DNA of 32,000 nucleotides, taken from contig LYOS01000004.1 of assembly GCA_001766815.1 (NCBI GenBank), forward strand, positions 103,610-135,609. The letters run 5' to 3'. A model generated the notes under the pieces. The model worked only from the letters and a program-made list of their open reading frames with translations, did no database searches and had not been told where the DNA came from. Within the stretch, counting starts at the first letter, position 1; every line of letters starts with the position of its first letter. The stretch is from Candidatus Syntropharchaeum caldarium. Its GTDB lineage: Archaea > Halobacteriota > Syntropharchaeia > Syntropharchaeales > Syntropharchaeaceae. Made by a program: the position numbers and the translations under genes. Of the stretch, positions 24,196 to 32,000 are shown piece after piece.

Positions 24196-25728
24196 GTGGT
24201 GCACTTAGCAAGAAAAGTCTTGAAGAACTCGATTTACAATAGTTCGAGTGTATTCATAAGTAAGTTCGGCGGATTAATCTTCACCATCATCTTGGCAAGA
24301 CTGCTCCTTCCAGAGCTCTTCGGTGTCTACCACCTTGCCTTGGCAGTCGGTTTGATGCTCTTGACTTTCACCGACCTTGGAATAAACGGAACTTTAATTA
24401 GATATGTTTCTCATGCGGTTGGAAAGAATGACGAGGATCTGGCATCAAGTTATTTCAGGTATCTATTCAAACTGAAATTTATACTCGTTTTTTTATCCTC
24501 TTTATCACTTATATTATTAGCAAATCCTCTGGCTTTACATCTTTTTCACAAACCTGACCTATCTCTACCTCTGCAGATTGTCGGGATATTTCTGTTCTTT
24601 CAATCTTTCTTGGATTTCGTGGAAGCTGGATTTATCTCCATGCAGAGATTTGCATACTCAACGATCAGACATATTGTTTACGAGGGTTTAAGGCTCATTT
24701 TGGTCCCTGCACTCATTCTTCTTGGTTTTTCGGTTTTTGGTGCGTTGGCAGGGCTTAGTATATCAACTGCTGCTACACTTCTCGTGTTGACTTATTTTTT
24801 ACTGAAGAATTATCCTTTTCTATTGAAAGGAAAGACTGTGAAGATAGAGAGAAGAAGAATACTGAAATTTTTGAGTTATATGACGATAGGGTCTATCTCC
24901 GGTGTGTTCTTTGCCTATGTAGATAGCATCATGCTTGGAATTTTCATGCCCGTAGAATATGTTGGCTTTTACAGAGCAGGTTATAACATCGTATTTGCGT
25001 TTGCGGGATTGGTCTCTATTGCAGGAGTGTTGTTTCCAGTCTTCACGCAGTTGGAAGGAGATGAATTGGAGAACGCATTCAAGAAGGTATTTAAGTATTC
25101 TTCGATACTATCTTTTCCATCTGCGTTTGGATTACTCTTCATAGCAGAGCCGGTTATAAGGGTCGTGTATGGAATTGATTATTTGCCTGCCGTTTTACCA
25201 ACTTACATACTATCACTTTTGATAATAATAGCACCTTTAGATTTCTTCGGCACTTTATTTAATGCAAAGGAGAAGCCAGAGTACCCGGCAAAACTTATCA
25301 TAATCTCGTCCACATTAAATACAATTCTTAATTATTTTTTAATCTTGCAGTTTGGCATGGCTGGGGCTGCAGTTGCAACTGTAATCTCGAGGTATTTCAA
25401 TATCACCTCTCTTGGATTTTTGTCTAGAAAAGTTTTAAACGTATTTCCAAGCCTGGATACGATATACAAGCCGTTGTTTTCTTCTTCAGTGATGGTTTTA
25501 TTCTTTTATTTAGTGCCAAGACCTAATACGATACTAATCGGGTTGGGAGAAATTTTAATGGCTACAATTATTTATATTTCCGTAATGTTCTCGATGAGAG
25601 GGATTGAAAAAGAGGATATAAAATATTTGGGTGTAATTGTTGGACAGGAGGAGCGATTGATAAAAGCGTATAATTTTGCTAAGAGTGAATTGGGAAGAGG
25701 GAATAAGAGAAATAAGGAAAAGAAGTAA
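24196..25728 (+). CDS. MOP-superfamily oligosaccharide/polysaccharide flippase (Wzx / AglR-like)
   Basis: 510 aa with about 12-14 TM helices. N-terminal KNSIYNSSSVFISKFGGLIFTIILARLLLPELFGVYHLA and central RRRILKFLSYMTIGSISG follow the polysaccharide-biosynthesis-protein (Wzx) layout. Confidence 0.8.
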   Translation: MVHLARKVLKNSIYNSSSVFISKFGGLIFTIILARLLLPELFGVYHLALAVGLMLLTFTDLGINGTLIRYVSHAVGKNDEDLASSYFRYLFKLKFILVFLSSLSLILLANPLALHLFHKPDLSLPLQIVGIFLFFQSFLDFVEAGFISMQRFAYSTIRHIVYEGLRLILVPALILLGFSVFGALAGLSISTAATLLVLTYFLLKNYPFLLKGKTVKIERRRILKFLSYMTIGSISGVFFAYVDSIMLGIFMPVEYVGFYRAGYNIVFAFAGLVSIAGVLFPVFTQLEGDELENAFKKVFKYSSILSFPSAFGLLFIAEPVIRVVYGIDYLPAVLPTYILSLLIIIAPLDFFGTLFNAKEKPEYPAKLIIISSTLNTILNYFLILQFGMAGAAVATVISRYFNITSLGFLSRKVLNVFPSLDTIYKPLFSSSVMVLFFYLVPRPNTILIGLGEILMATIIYISVMFSMRGIEKEDIKYLGVIVGQEERLIKAYNFAKSELGRGNKRNKEKK

Positions 25729-25738
25729 CATTTAAGAG

Positions 25739-25754
25739 ATTTTTCGCTAAAAAT
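25739..25754. terminator. Candidate bidirectional terminator (A/T hairpin with T-runs) between convergent genes
   Basis: ATTTTT-CGCT-AAAAAT palindrome in the 45-bp gap between the flippase (+) and GT4 (-) stops. It gives a T5 run on both strands. Weak, pattern only. Confidence 0.25.
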
Positions 25755-25773
25755 TTGCCATATATCCTAAATT

Positions 25774-26886
25774 TCAGCCGTACCCGTTATACGCCTCTTC
25801 ATAAACTTTTATCGTTTCTTTTGCCGTTTTCTCCCAACTAAACATCTTCGCTCTTTTCAAACCGCTTTTAATCAAGTCCTGTCTCAAACCTTCATTTGTT
25901 AAAACTTCATACATTGCCTTTACCCATCCATCGATATTGTATGGGTCAACCATAATACCAGCATCTCCTACAACTTCCAGCATCGTTCCTATATTTCCTG
26001 TTATGACAGGACAACCACAAGCCATCGCCTCAAGTGGTGGAAGACCGAAACCCTCACACCTGCCAGACGGAAAAACGAATAAATCCGCGAGGTTATAAAG
26101 TTTTACCAATTCATCATCAGAAACATACCCAAGCAGCAAAACGTCTTTTTGCAGACCCATTTTTTTTATTAAATCCTCTCTGTCTTTTCTGGTAGATCTA
26201 TCCATACCACCAAAAACCAATAACTTATGTTTTATCCCTCTCTTTTTGAGTTTATAAAATGCATTGATTAAATTTGGATGAATGCTATTATCATGCAAAA
26301 TAAAAGGATAATTGATATAATCTATTTTTGTATCATTTAAAATTTTAAATCTCTCATCAGGTGCCAAATATATCACCCTAATTTTATCTTCTGGAACCTT
26401 TAGATATTCTATTGCATCACGTTTGGTATTCTCAGAGACCGCAATTATCCTATCTATTTTATTTACAATCATTTTTAGGGTTAGTCTCCAGATTCTATGA
26501 TATATTTTCGTTGCTGCTGGACTTAATAGACATAAATCATGGATTGTTAAAACTTTTTTGTGTTTATTATTAAAAAATAAAATACCTATGTTATTAGATG
26601 GATTTGGCGCAGTGACGTGAACTAAATCAATACCTTCCCTTTTTAAGTGTAAGGGCAATTTAGTCATGTTTGTATGAGCCTTGCGTGGAGGGATGGGCAA
26701 CAGCGGAAGTATTACTTCATTTGTTTTAAGATACAGTGGGTCTGGATTGTTCATATAATGGATCGCATAAATGTCAATATCATAATCATTATTTATCTTC
26801 AAAAGACCTTTGACAAGGCTTCTCGTATAGTTGCCTATACCCGTTCTTCGCTTATCCATGTACTCGGTTGTGATTCCTACTTTCAT
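25774..26886 (-). CDS. Glycosyltransferase family 4
   Basis: About 370 aa from ATG 26886 ([21 protein letters not shown]). The ORF-track start at 26979 would run across the divergent gmd promoter and start. C-terminal [30 protein letters not shown] (E-x7-E). Confidence 0.8.
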   Translation of the reverse strand: MKVGITTEYMDKRRTGIGNYTRSLVKGLLKINNDYDIDIYAIHYMNNPDPLYLKTNEVILPLLPIPPRKAHTNMTKLPLHLKREGIDLVHVTAPNPSNNIGILFFNNKHKKVLTIHDLCLLSPAATKIYHRIWRLTLKMIVNKIDRIIAVSENTKRDAIEYLKVPEDKIRVIYLAPDERFKILNDTKIDYINYPFILHDNSIHPNLINAFYKLKKRGIKHKLLVFGGMDRSTRKDREDLIKKMGLQKDVLLLGYVSDDELVKLYNLADLFVFPSGRCEGFGLPPLEAMACGCPVITGNIGTMLEVVGDAGIMVDPYNIDGWVKAMYEVLTNEGLRQDLIKSGLKRAKMFSWEKTAKETIKVYEEAYNGYG

Positions 26887-26953
26887 AAATACATCAAACA
26901 AAATATTTATATGCAAGGTATTTATAGGTATAGTGTTATTGAGGGTAGTAGAT

Positions 26954-27355
26954 ATGAAAAAAACATTGGTCACCGGCATAACAGGACAGGACGGCTCTTA
27001 CTTGGCTGAGCTATTACTGAGCAAAGGATACGAAGTCCACGGTATTATCAGAAGGTCGTCCACCTTTAATACAAGTAGAATAGACCATATCTATGTTGAT
27101 CCGCACGATCCGAACGCAAGATTATTCCTGCATTACGGCGACCTTTCGGATTCTGAGCAGATTTCAAATATAATTTACAACATAGAACCTGACGAAGTAT
27201 ATCATCTGGGCGCGCAGAGTCATGTGCGGGTAAGTTTTGATAGTCCCGAATATACCGGGAATGTCACTGCACTGGGCACAACCAGAATATTAGAGGCAAT
27301 AAGAAGAAGTAAAAATAGCATAAAATTCTATCAGGCATCGAGCAGCAATTTATGA
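26954..27355 (+). pseudogene. gmd: GDP-mannose 4,6-dehydratase, N-terminal ~133 codons only (truncated)
   Basis: [47 protein letters not shown]...[36 protein letters not shown]...KFYQASSS, then NL-stop where Gmd continues ELYG. Full-length Gmd is about 340-370 aa. The stop is formed by the ATGA of the next gene. Confidence 0.8.
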
Positions 27356-27897
27356 ATACAATTAATAAAATAGAGATCGGATGTGGCAAAACCAAACATC
27401 ATGGGTATATTGGAATAGATAGAATTAAAGTAGAAGGCGTAGACATTATTGCTGATATGAATAATCTTCCTTTTAAATCCGAATCGATTGACGAAGTATT
27501 GGCAGTTCAGGTTTTAGAGCATTCGCCCGACCTATTGAAAACAATGTCCGAAATTTATAGAGTATTAAAGGTTGGAGGTAAACTGATAGGTGAAGTATGT
27601 CACGGGCGAAGTGTAGCGTTTTATTCTGATTTTACTCACCATCAACCATTTAATATTCATACAATGACTTATTTCACTGAAAAAAAAGAGTTTAGCTATT
27701 ACTCATCAGTAAGATTTAACATTATACGTAATAGATTTATAATAACATCTCCATTTAAATTTATTTTACTTGATGCATGTGCAAAGTTCTTAGAGTGGTT
27801 TTGTAATAAGCTGGGGGGATATGCAGAATATTGTTTAGGGATGATACCTTTTGATATAGATATCTCATTTGAAATGCAAAAGGTGAGTAATAAATGA
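27352..27897 (+). CDS. Class I SAM-dependent methyltransferase
   Basis: 181 aa. [17 protein letters not shown] (motif I), [33 protein letters not shown] resemble Methyltransf_11-like motifs. Confidence 0.8.
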   Translation: MNTINKIEIGCGKTKHHGYIGIDRIKVEGVDIIADMNNLPFKSESIDEVLAVQVLEHSPDLLKTMSEIYRVLKVGGKLIGEVCHGRSVAFYSDFTHHQPFNIHTMTYFTEKKEFSYYSSVRFNIIRNRFIITSPFKFILLDACAKFLEWFCNKLGGYAEYCLGMIPFDIDISFEMQKVSNK

Positions 27898-28943
27898 ATA
27901 TAGTTTTTGTTGCTAAGCGCATGTACCCCCCACATATTGGGGGGATCGAACTCTATGTATTTGAGCTAGCAGAAGCACTTAGACAAGAGGGCTTTGCTTG
28001 TTCAGTAATTTCCGAAGCTGAAAAATCTGCGATGGATAGAAAAATTATTAATGCCGATGTAGTTCATTTTTGTGGGTTAGATGGACAGTTTTCAGTATAT
28101 TACTTAAAAATATCCAAGAAATATAATAAAGCTACGGTTATAACCCCATTCTATCACCCGATTGGGCTAACTGTTCGTTCCAGTTCTGCAAGAGTAAAAC
28201 CCCTATTGTATTTAAGGCTTTGGTTAAATAAAAAGAAAATATCTACATATCTTATAAAAAATTGTGACAAAATAATAGCTGCATCCTCTTTTGACCAGAA
28301 ACAACTTTACAAAGATTTTAATGTAAAAAGTGTGGTCATACCTTATGGTATAAATTTATCCAAAATACATATAAAAAAAGTAGTTGATAAAACTAAATTA
28401 GATAAAAATATAAACTTATCATTTGTTGGTGAAATTAGCAGCAAAGGAAATGGCTTATCATGTATTGTAAAAGCATTAAATATACTAAAATCTAGGGGGT
28501 GTTATTGCAAGTTGGTTGCAGCTGGGAGAGATGTTGGTGAAACTAACAAAATAATGAAACTTGCAGAAAAACTAAATGTTGGAGATCAAATACAGATTCT
28601 TGGTATGGTTCCAAATGAGAGAGCTTTAGAAATAATGGCTAATTCAGATATTTTCATAATGCCAAGTTATTATGAAACTTTTAGTAAAGTTGTTATTGAA
28701 GCTATGGCAGTTGGTGTTCCTGTAATAGCTTCGGATGTTGGAGCACATAAGGAACTCATAAGAAATCCAAAGCTCAGAGTTGCTTATGGAGATGCAGGCG
28801 GGCTGGCTGATGCAATTGACAATCTGGTTTCAGATAATGAACTATACAACGAGACCATAGTATATGAAAAGGAGTTTGTAAAGCAATTCGACTGGAGGGG
28901 TGTATCTAAAAGGATTATAGAACTATATAAGAGGCTATGTTGA
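27894..28943 (+). CDS. Glycosyltransferase family 4
   Basis: 349 aa. HIGGIELYVFELAEAL at the N-terminus; FVGEISSKGNG, IFIMPSYYETFSKVVIEAMAVGVPVIASDVG (E-x7-E). ATGA overlap with the methyltransferase gene. Confidence 0.8.
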   Translation: MNIVFVAKRMYPPHIGGIELYVFELAEALRQEGFACSVISEAEKSAMDRKIINADVVHFCGLDGQFSVYYLKISKKYNKATVITPFYHPIGLTVRSSSARVKPLLYLRLWLNKKKISTYLIKNCDKIIAASSFDQKQLYKDFNVKSVVIPYGINLSKIHIKKVVDKTKLDKNINLSFVGEISSKGNGLSCIVKALNILKSRGCYCKLVAAGRDVGETNKIMKLAEKLNVGDQIQILGMVPNERALEIMANSDIFIMPSYYETFSKVVIEAMAVGVPVIASDVGAHKELIRNPKLRVAYGDAGGLADAIDNLVSDNELYNETIVYEKEFVKQFDWRGVSKRIIELYKRLC

Positions 28944-29060
28944 GTCGCATGTGTGAAAAAATCAGCTTAAATAAGGATGAAAATCAGGATTTGAAAATAC
29001 TTCAAACGAAATCAGAAATTGAAAAAGATTTATGAGGAAGCTGTAAGAAAGTAGTTAAAC

Positions 29061-30176
29061 ATGCCATCCGATATAAAAATACTTTTAAAAGGTGCAAAAT
29101 CCGGTACACACTCAGTATATCAGGAGCTCATAGATTATCCGCCTGAAAATTGCACATTTTTGCATAGCCCAACAAAAAAATTATCAATAGACCGCCTTTT
29201 GGGTGCTGGCACGTATTACTGTAAATTACTCAACATAGGAATCGCATCAAGAAATGCAGATTTAACCCATTCTCATCAACAACTGATACTCAATAGAATA
29301 CCGTGGGTTGTTGATTTTGAGCATGCAGGTGCATTTGTCCATTTTCATCATCAAAGCGTGAGGCGGTGCTGGAATAGGAGGATAATTGAGAAGCTACTTT
29401 CTTCTAAGAACTGCAAGCGAATTCTACCCTGGAGTTTTGCAGCGAAGAAAAGTCTTGAAAATGTGATTGACTTTTCTAAATTAGAGGATAAAACAGAAGT
29501 TGTGTACCCAGCTATCCACAATGAGACATTTAAAAAATCAAAGAACGATAAATTTAAGATTTTATTTGTTGGTATTAGATTTATAGTGAAGGGTGGTAAA
29601 GAAGTATTGGATACTTTCAAAATTTTAGATAAAAAATACGATAATTTAGAGTTGATTTTAATTTCTGATGTGCCAGAATATATAAAAAATCAATATAAAG
29701 ATTACGATAATATAAAAATAATTGACTCTTATATCTCTAGGTACGATCTTTTTAAGAATTATTATCCAAATGCTGATATATTTGTCTTTCCAACTCGTAT
29801 AGATACATTTGGAATGGTATTACTAGAAGCTATGAATTTCGAACTTCCAATAGTTAGCACGAATGTGTTCGCAATACCTGAAATTATAGAAGATGGAAAA
29901 AATGGCTTTTTGATTCCTACGAAAGTTTCTCAATACAATAAGGAATTCTTAATTTTAAAAAATGGCGTTAATGATATAAGAAATATATTAGAGAAGAATA
30001 GTGAAGAAATGGTTGTACAAAAATTGGTTGAGAAAATATCTATTCTTATAGAAGATGCAAAATTAAGAGAAAGAATGGGTAAATACGGAAAAAAAGAAAT
30101 TCAAGAAGGCAAGTTTTCAATTAATAATAGAAATAAAAAATTACGAGATATATATGAAATATCTAAAAGAAGGTGA
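29061..30176 (+). CDS. Glycosyltransferase family 4-like (GT-B)
   Basis: 371 aa. ILFVGIRFIVKGGKEVL, IFVFPTRIDTFGMVLLEAMNFELPIVSTNVFAIPEIIEDGKNGFLI (E-x7-E region). The N-terminal half is not recognisable by eye. Confidence 0.75.
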   Translation: MPSDIKILLKGAKSGTHSVYQELIDYPPENCTFLHSPTKKLSIDRLLGAGTYYCKLLNIGIASRNADLTHSHQQLILNRIPWVVDFEHAGAFVHFHHQSVRRCWNRRIIEKLLSSKNCKRILPWSFAAKKSLENVIDFSKLEDKTEVVYPAIHNETFKKSKNDKFKILFVGIRFIVKGGKEVLDTFKILDKKYDNLELILISDVPEYIKNQYKDYDNIKIIDSYISRYDLFKNYYPNADIFVFPTRIDTFGMVLLEAMNFELPIVSTNVFAIPEIIEDGKNGFLIPTKVSQYNKEFLILKNGVNDIRNILEKNSEEMVVQKLVEKISILIEDAKLRERMGKYGKKEIQEGKFSINNRNKKLRDIYEISKRR

Positions 30177-30182
30177 TAGCTA

Positions 30183-31244
30183 ATGAAAGTATGTTACTTC
30201 GGAAATTATGAGCAAACGTATACACGTAACCGGATTATAATAAAAGGTCTCAAGAAAAATGGCGTAGATGTGGTCGAATGTAATGATAGGTCACAAATTT
30301 TCTTTAGATATTTGAAACTTATTAAGAAGCATTTATCAATTGCAGATTATGATGTAATGATTGTGGGAGAGTCTGGACAGCCCATAATGCCGCTGGGAAA
30401 GATATTATCAAAAATGAGAAAAAAACATTTGATCTTTGACCCTTTTATATCTTTATACGATACATCAGTATTTGATAAAAAATCAGTAAAAGAGGGCTCT
30501 ATTAAAGCTTCTATACTATATTATTTAGATAGGTATTCTTGTTATCTCGCAGATATAGTTCTCACGGATACAGATCAACATGCAAAATATTTTAATGAAG
30601 AATTTGGCGTGCCTATCACTAAAATGAGGACAGTATATATAGGGGCAGACTCGGATATATTTTACCCACGAGATTCTGAAAAAGAAGATGACACTTTCAA
30701 AGTCGTCTTTCACGGATCTTTTCTCCCACTCCATGGAATCTCATACATTATTAAGGCAGCAAAGCTTTTAGAAAATGAACATAGTATTCAATTTGAAATA
30801 ATCGGAAAAGGACAGACATACGATGTTGATTTAGCTTTATCTAAAAAATTGGATGTTAAAAATATTATATTTAAGAATTGGATGCCCTTCAAAGTATTAC
30901 CAAAACATATAGCCAAAGCAGATGTTTATTTAGGCATTTTTGGAGATACAAATAAGGCTAAAAGAGTGATACCAAACAAAGCATACGAAGTAATCGCAAT
31001 GAAAAAACCACTAATCACTGGAGATTCACCAGCAATTAGAGAGGCGTTTACAAACCGAGAAAATGTGTTATTATGTGAAATGGCAAACCCAGAATCATTA
31101 GCCAACGCAATACTTGAATTGAAAGATAATGAGAAATTAAGAGAAAATATAGCCAAAAACGGTTATAAATTATATAAAGAACGATTTAGCCCAGAGAAAA
31201 TTGGAAAAGAAATGATAAAGATTATTGAATATGTTATTTGCTAA
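30183..31244 (+). CDS. GT-B fold glycosyltransferase (GT4-related)
   Basis: 353 aa. MKVCYFGNYEQTYTRNRIIIKGLKKNGVDV at the N-terminus. VVFHGSFLPLHGISYIIKAAKLL and RVIPNKAYEVIAMKKPLITGDSPAIRE in the C-terminal half. AGGTGAT SD upstream. Confidence 0.7.
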   Translation: MKVCYFGNYEQTYTRNRIIIKGLKKNGVDVVECNDRSQIFFRYLKLIKKHLSIADYDVMIVGESGQPIMPLGKILSKMRKKHLIFDPFISLYDTSVFDKKSVKEGSIKASILYYLDRYSCYLADIVLTDTDQHAKYFNEEFGVPITKMRTVYIGADSDIFYPRDSEKEDDTFKVVFHGSFLPLHGISYIIKAAKLLENEHSIQFEIIGKGQTYDVDLALSKKLDVKNIIFKNWMPFKVLPKHIAKADVYLGIFGDTNKAKRVIPNKAYEVIAMKKPLITGDSPAIREAFTNRENVLLCEMANPESLANAILELKDNEKLRENIAKNGYKLYKERFSPEKIGKEMIKIIEYVIC

Positions 31245-31309
31245 GCTATATAGTGTTTTGATTTCGGTTAATCCATAAATGGTCGTTTGCTCAGTGTGTG
31301 GAAATAGAT

Positions 31310-32000
31310 TTAATTTGCATTGCCACTCCCCACTTTTTTATAAATTTGGATATTCTTTACCTCGATTGGGTTGAAAAAGTTTACACAGTCAATTAAAACT
31401 ATTTTTTCGGTTAAATAGGTAAGAATTTTTTCTTTATTATAATAGCTGTGAGCGGTTCCGATTATCACACAATCACTATCATGGACACTTTCAATTGGTT
31501 CGGATTTCAAAACTTTATCCTTGATGGCAACTGTGTTAACATATTGATCGTTATATCTCACAACAGCACCAAGTTCAATAAGTGACTTGGCAACTTCAAC
31601 CATCGGCGAATTTCGTGTATCATCCACATCCTTCTTATACGCCATCCCCAATATGAATATTTTAGAGCCCTTAACGCTCTTCCCCACATCGTTAAGACCT
31701 CTAATGACCAGATTGATAACATGATTCGGCATGCTCTGGTTGATTTCACCCGCTAATTCAATGAATTTCGTGGTTAACCCCACTTCTTTTGCCTTCCACG
31801 ATAGATAAAATGGGTCTATGGGAATGCAATGCCCGCCAACACCAGCACCGGGATAAAAAGGCATAAATCCGAAGGGTTTAGTGGATGCCGCCTCGATCAC
31901 CTCCCAGGTATCAATCCCCATTCTCCCGAATATAAGCCCAAGTTCGTTCACCAGTGCTATATTGACAGCGCGAAAAACATTTTCCACTATCTTCGTCGCC
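31310..32000 (-). CDS. Nucleotide-sugar 6-dehydrogenase, UDP-N-acetylhexosamine (GlcNAc/ManNAc) dehydrogenase type; 5' end beyond the right window edge
   Basis: The frame is open to position 32000 (ATKIVENVFRAVNIALVNEL precedes the track start, which is an internal GTG). Central-domain motif GAGVGGHCIPIDPFYLSWKA is present. The C-terminal UDP-binding domain is present too (IFILGMAYKKDVDDTRNSP), unlike in the gene at 13233. Confidence 0.8.
   Translation of the reverse strand, partial: ATKIVENVFRAVNIALVNELGLIFGRMGIDTWEVIEAASTKPFGFMPFYPGAGVGGHCIPIDPFYLSWKAKEVGLTTKFIELAGEINQSMPNHVINLVIRGLNDVGKSVKGSKIFILGMAYKKDVDDTRNSPMVEVAKSLIELGAVVRYNDQYVNTVAIKDKVLKSEPIESVHDSDCVIIGTAHSYYNKEKILTYLTEKIVLIDCVNFFNPIEVKNIQIYKKVGSGNAN

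Noticed and set aside
26831-26979. N-terminal extensions suggested by the ORF track for gmd (from 26831) and for the divergent GT4 (to 26979)
   Set aside because: The two extensions overlap each other on opposite strands and encode hydrophobic nonsense. Conserved N-termini start at ATG 26954 ([14 protein letters not shown]) and ATG 26886 (MKVGITTEY), leaving a 67-bp divergent promoter region with TATA-like boxes.
28949-29035. 28-codon ORF and three copies of AAATCAG (28959, 28981, 29009) in the GT4-GT4 intergenic region
   Set aside because: This is a short A-rich heptamer with irregular spacing (22 and 28 nt) in a roughly 25% GC region, which is expected by chance. The ORF is too short and has no signals.
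1-32000. Search by eye for CRISPR arrays, tRNA, rRNA or long direct repeats
   Set aside because: I saw no regularly spaced repeats of 25-40 nt, no cloverleaf-compatible 70-90-nt segments in the intergenic regions, and no rRNA-like conserved blocks. The intergenic space is small apart from 562-902 and 9959-10420. A tRNAscan/Infernal/CRISPR-finder run would be needed for a definitive negative.

Overview
This 32-kb window looks archaeal, probably from a methanogen- or ANME-like euryarchaeon. The clues are a PEF-CTERM sorting signal, a DUF354 gene, a UPF0175/DUF3368 pair, A/T-rich TATA-like boxes about 25 nt upstream of start codons, and many 4-nt start/stop overlaps. It is a cell-surface glycan biosynthesis island with a strongly mosaic base composition. 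(i) 1-8469, minus strand: a tightly coupled operon. It has a WbqC-like gene (cut by the left edge), then PHP phosphoesterase / ATP-grasp / PIG-L deacetylase, DUF354, GT4, a second ATP-grasp / PHP / CE4-type deacetylase set, and a 115-aa orphan as first gene. (ii) 8617-13177: uppP and a 169-aa almost purely low-complexity PEF-CTERM protein, followed by a decay zone. That zone holds a P-loop dTMP-kinase-like gene that has lost its start, a 702-bp internally deleted IS5-family element with 16-bp terminal inverted repeats, a UPF0175 / frameshifted DUF3368 toxin-antitoxin pair, and a 5'-truncated DUF362-ferredoxin gene. (iii) 13233-24063, plus strand: a 10-gene operon. It encodes a short two-domain Ugd-like dehydrogenase, GalU, UDP-glucuronate decarboxylase (UXS) and an SDR epimerase carrying a 4-Cys insert. 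Two tandem modules of polyprenyl-phosphate-sugar GT2 + flippase + GT-C transferase follow. One uses a separate ArnE/F-like 4-TM protein; the other has an MprF-TM/UPF0104 flippase-like domain fused to the GT2. (iv) 24196-32000: a Wzx/MOP flippase, a GT4, a gmd gene truncated after about 130 codons at a sharp junction with a very AT-rich cassette (SAM methyltransferase plus three GT-B glycosyltransferases), and a UDP-HexNAc-dehydrogenase-type gene running off the right edge. I recognised no rRNA, tRNA or CRISPR array. The most interesting candidates are the duplicated deacetylase / ATP-grasp / PHP sugar-tailoring operon and the twin GT2-flippase-GT-C modules. The latter are fed by a UDP-xylose branch and, together with the Thr/Pro-rich PEF-CTERM protein, could be an archaeal O-glycosylation route. 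All family assignments come from motif recognition by eye, not from database searches.
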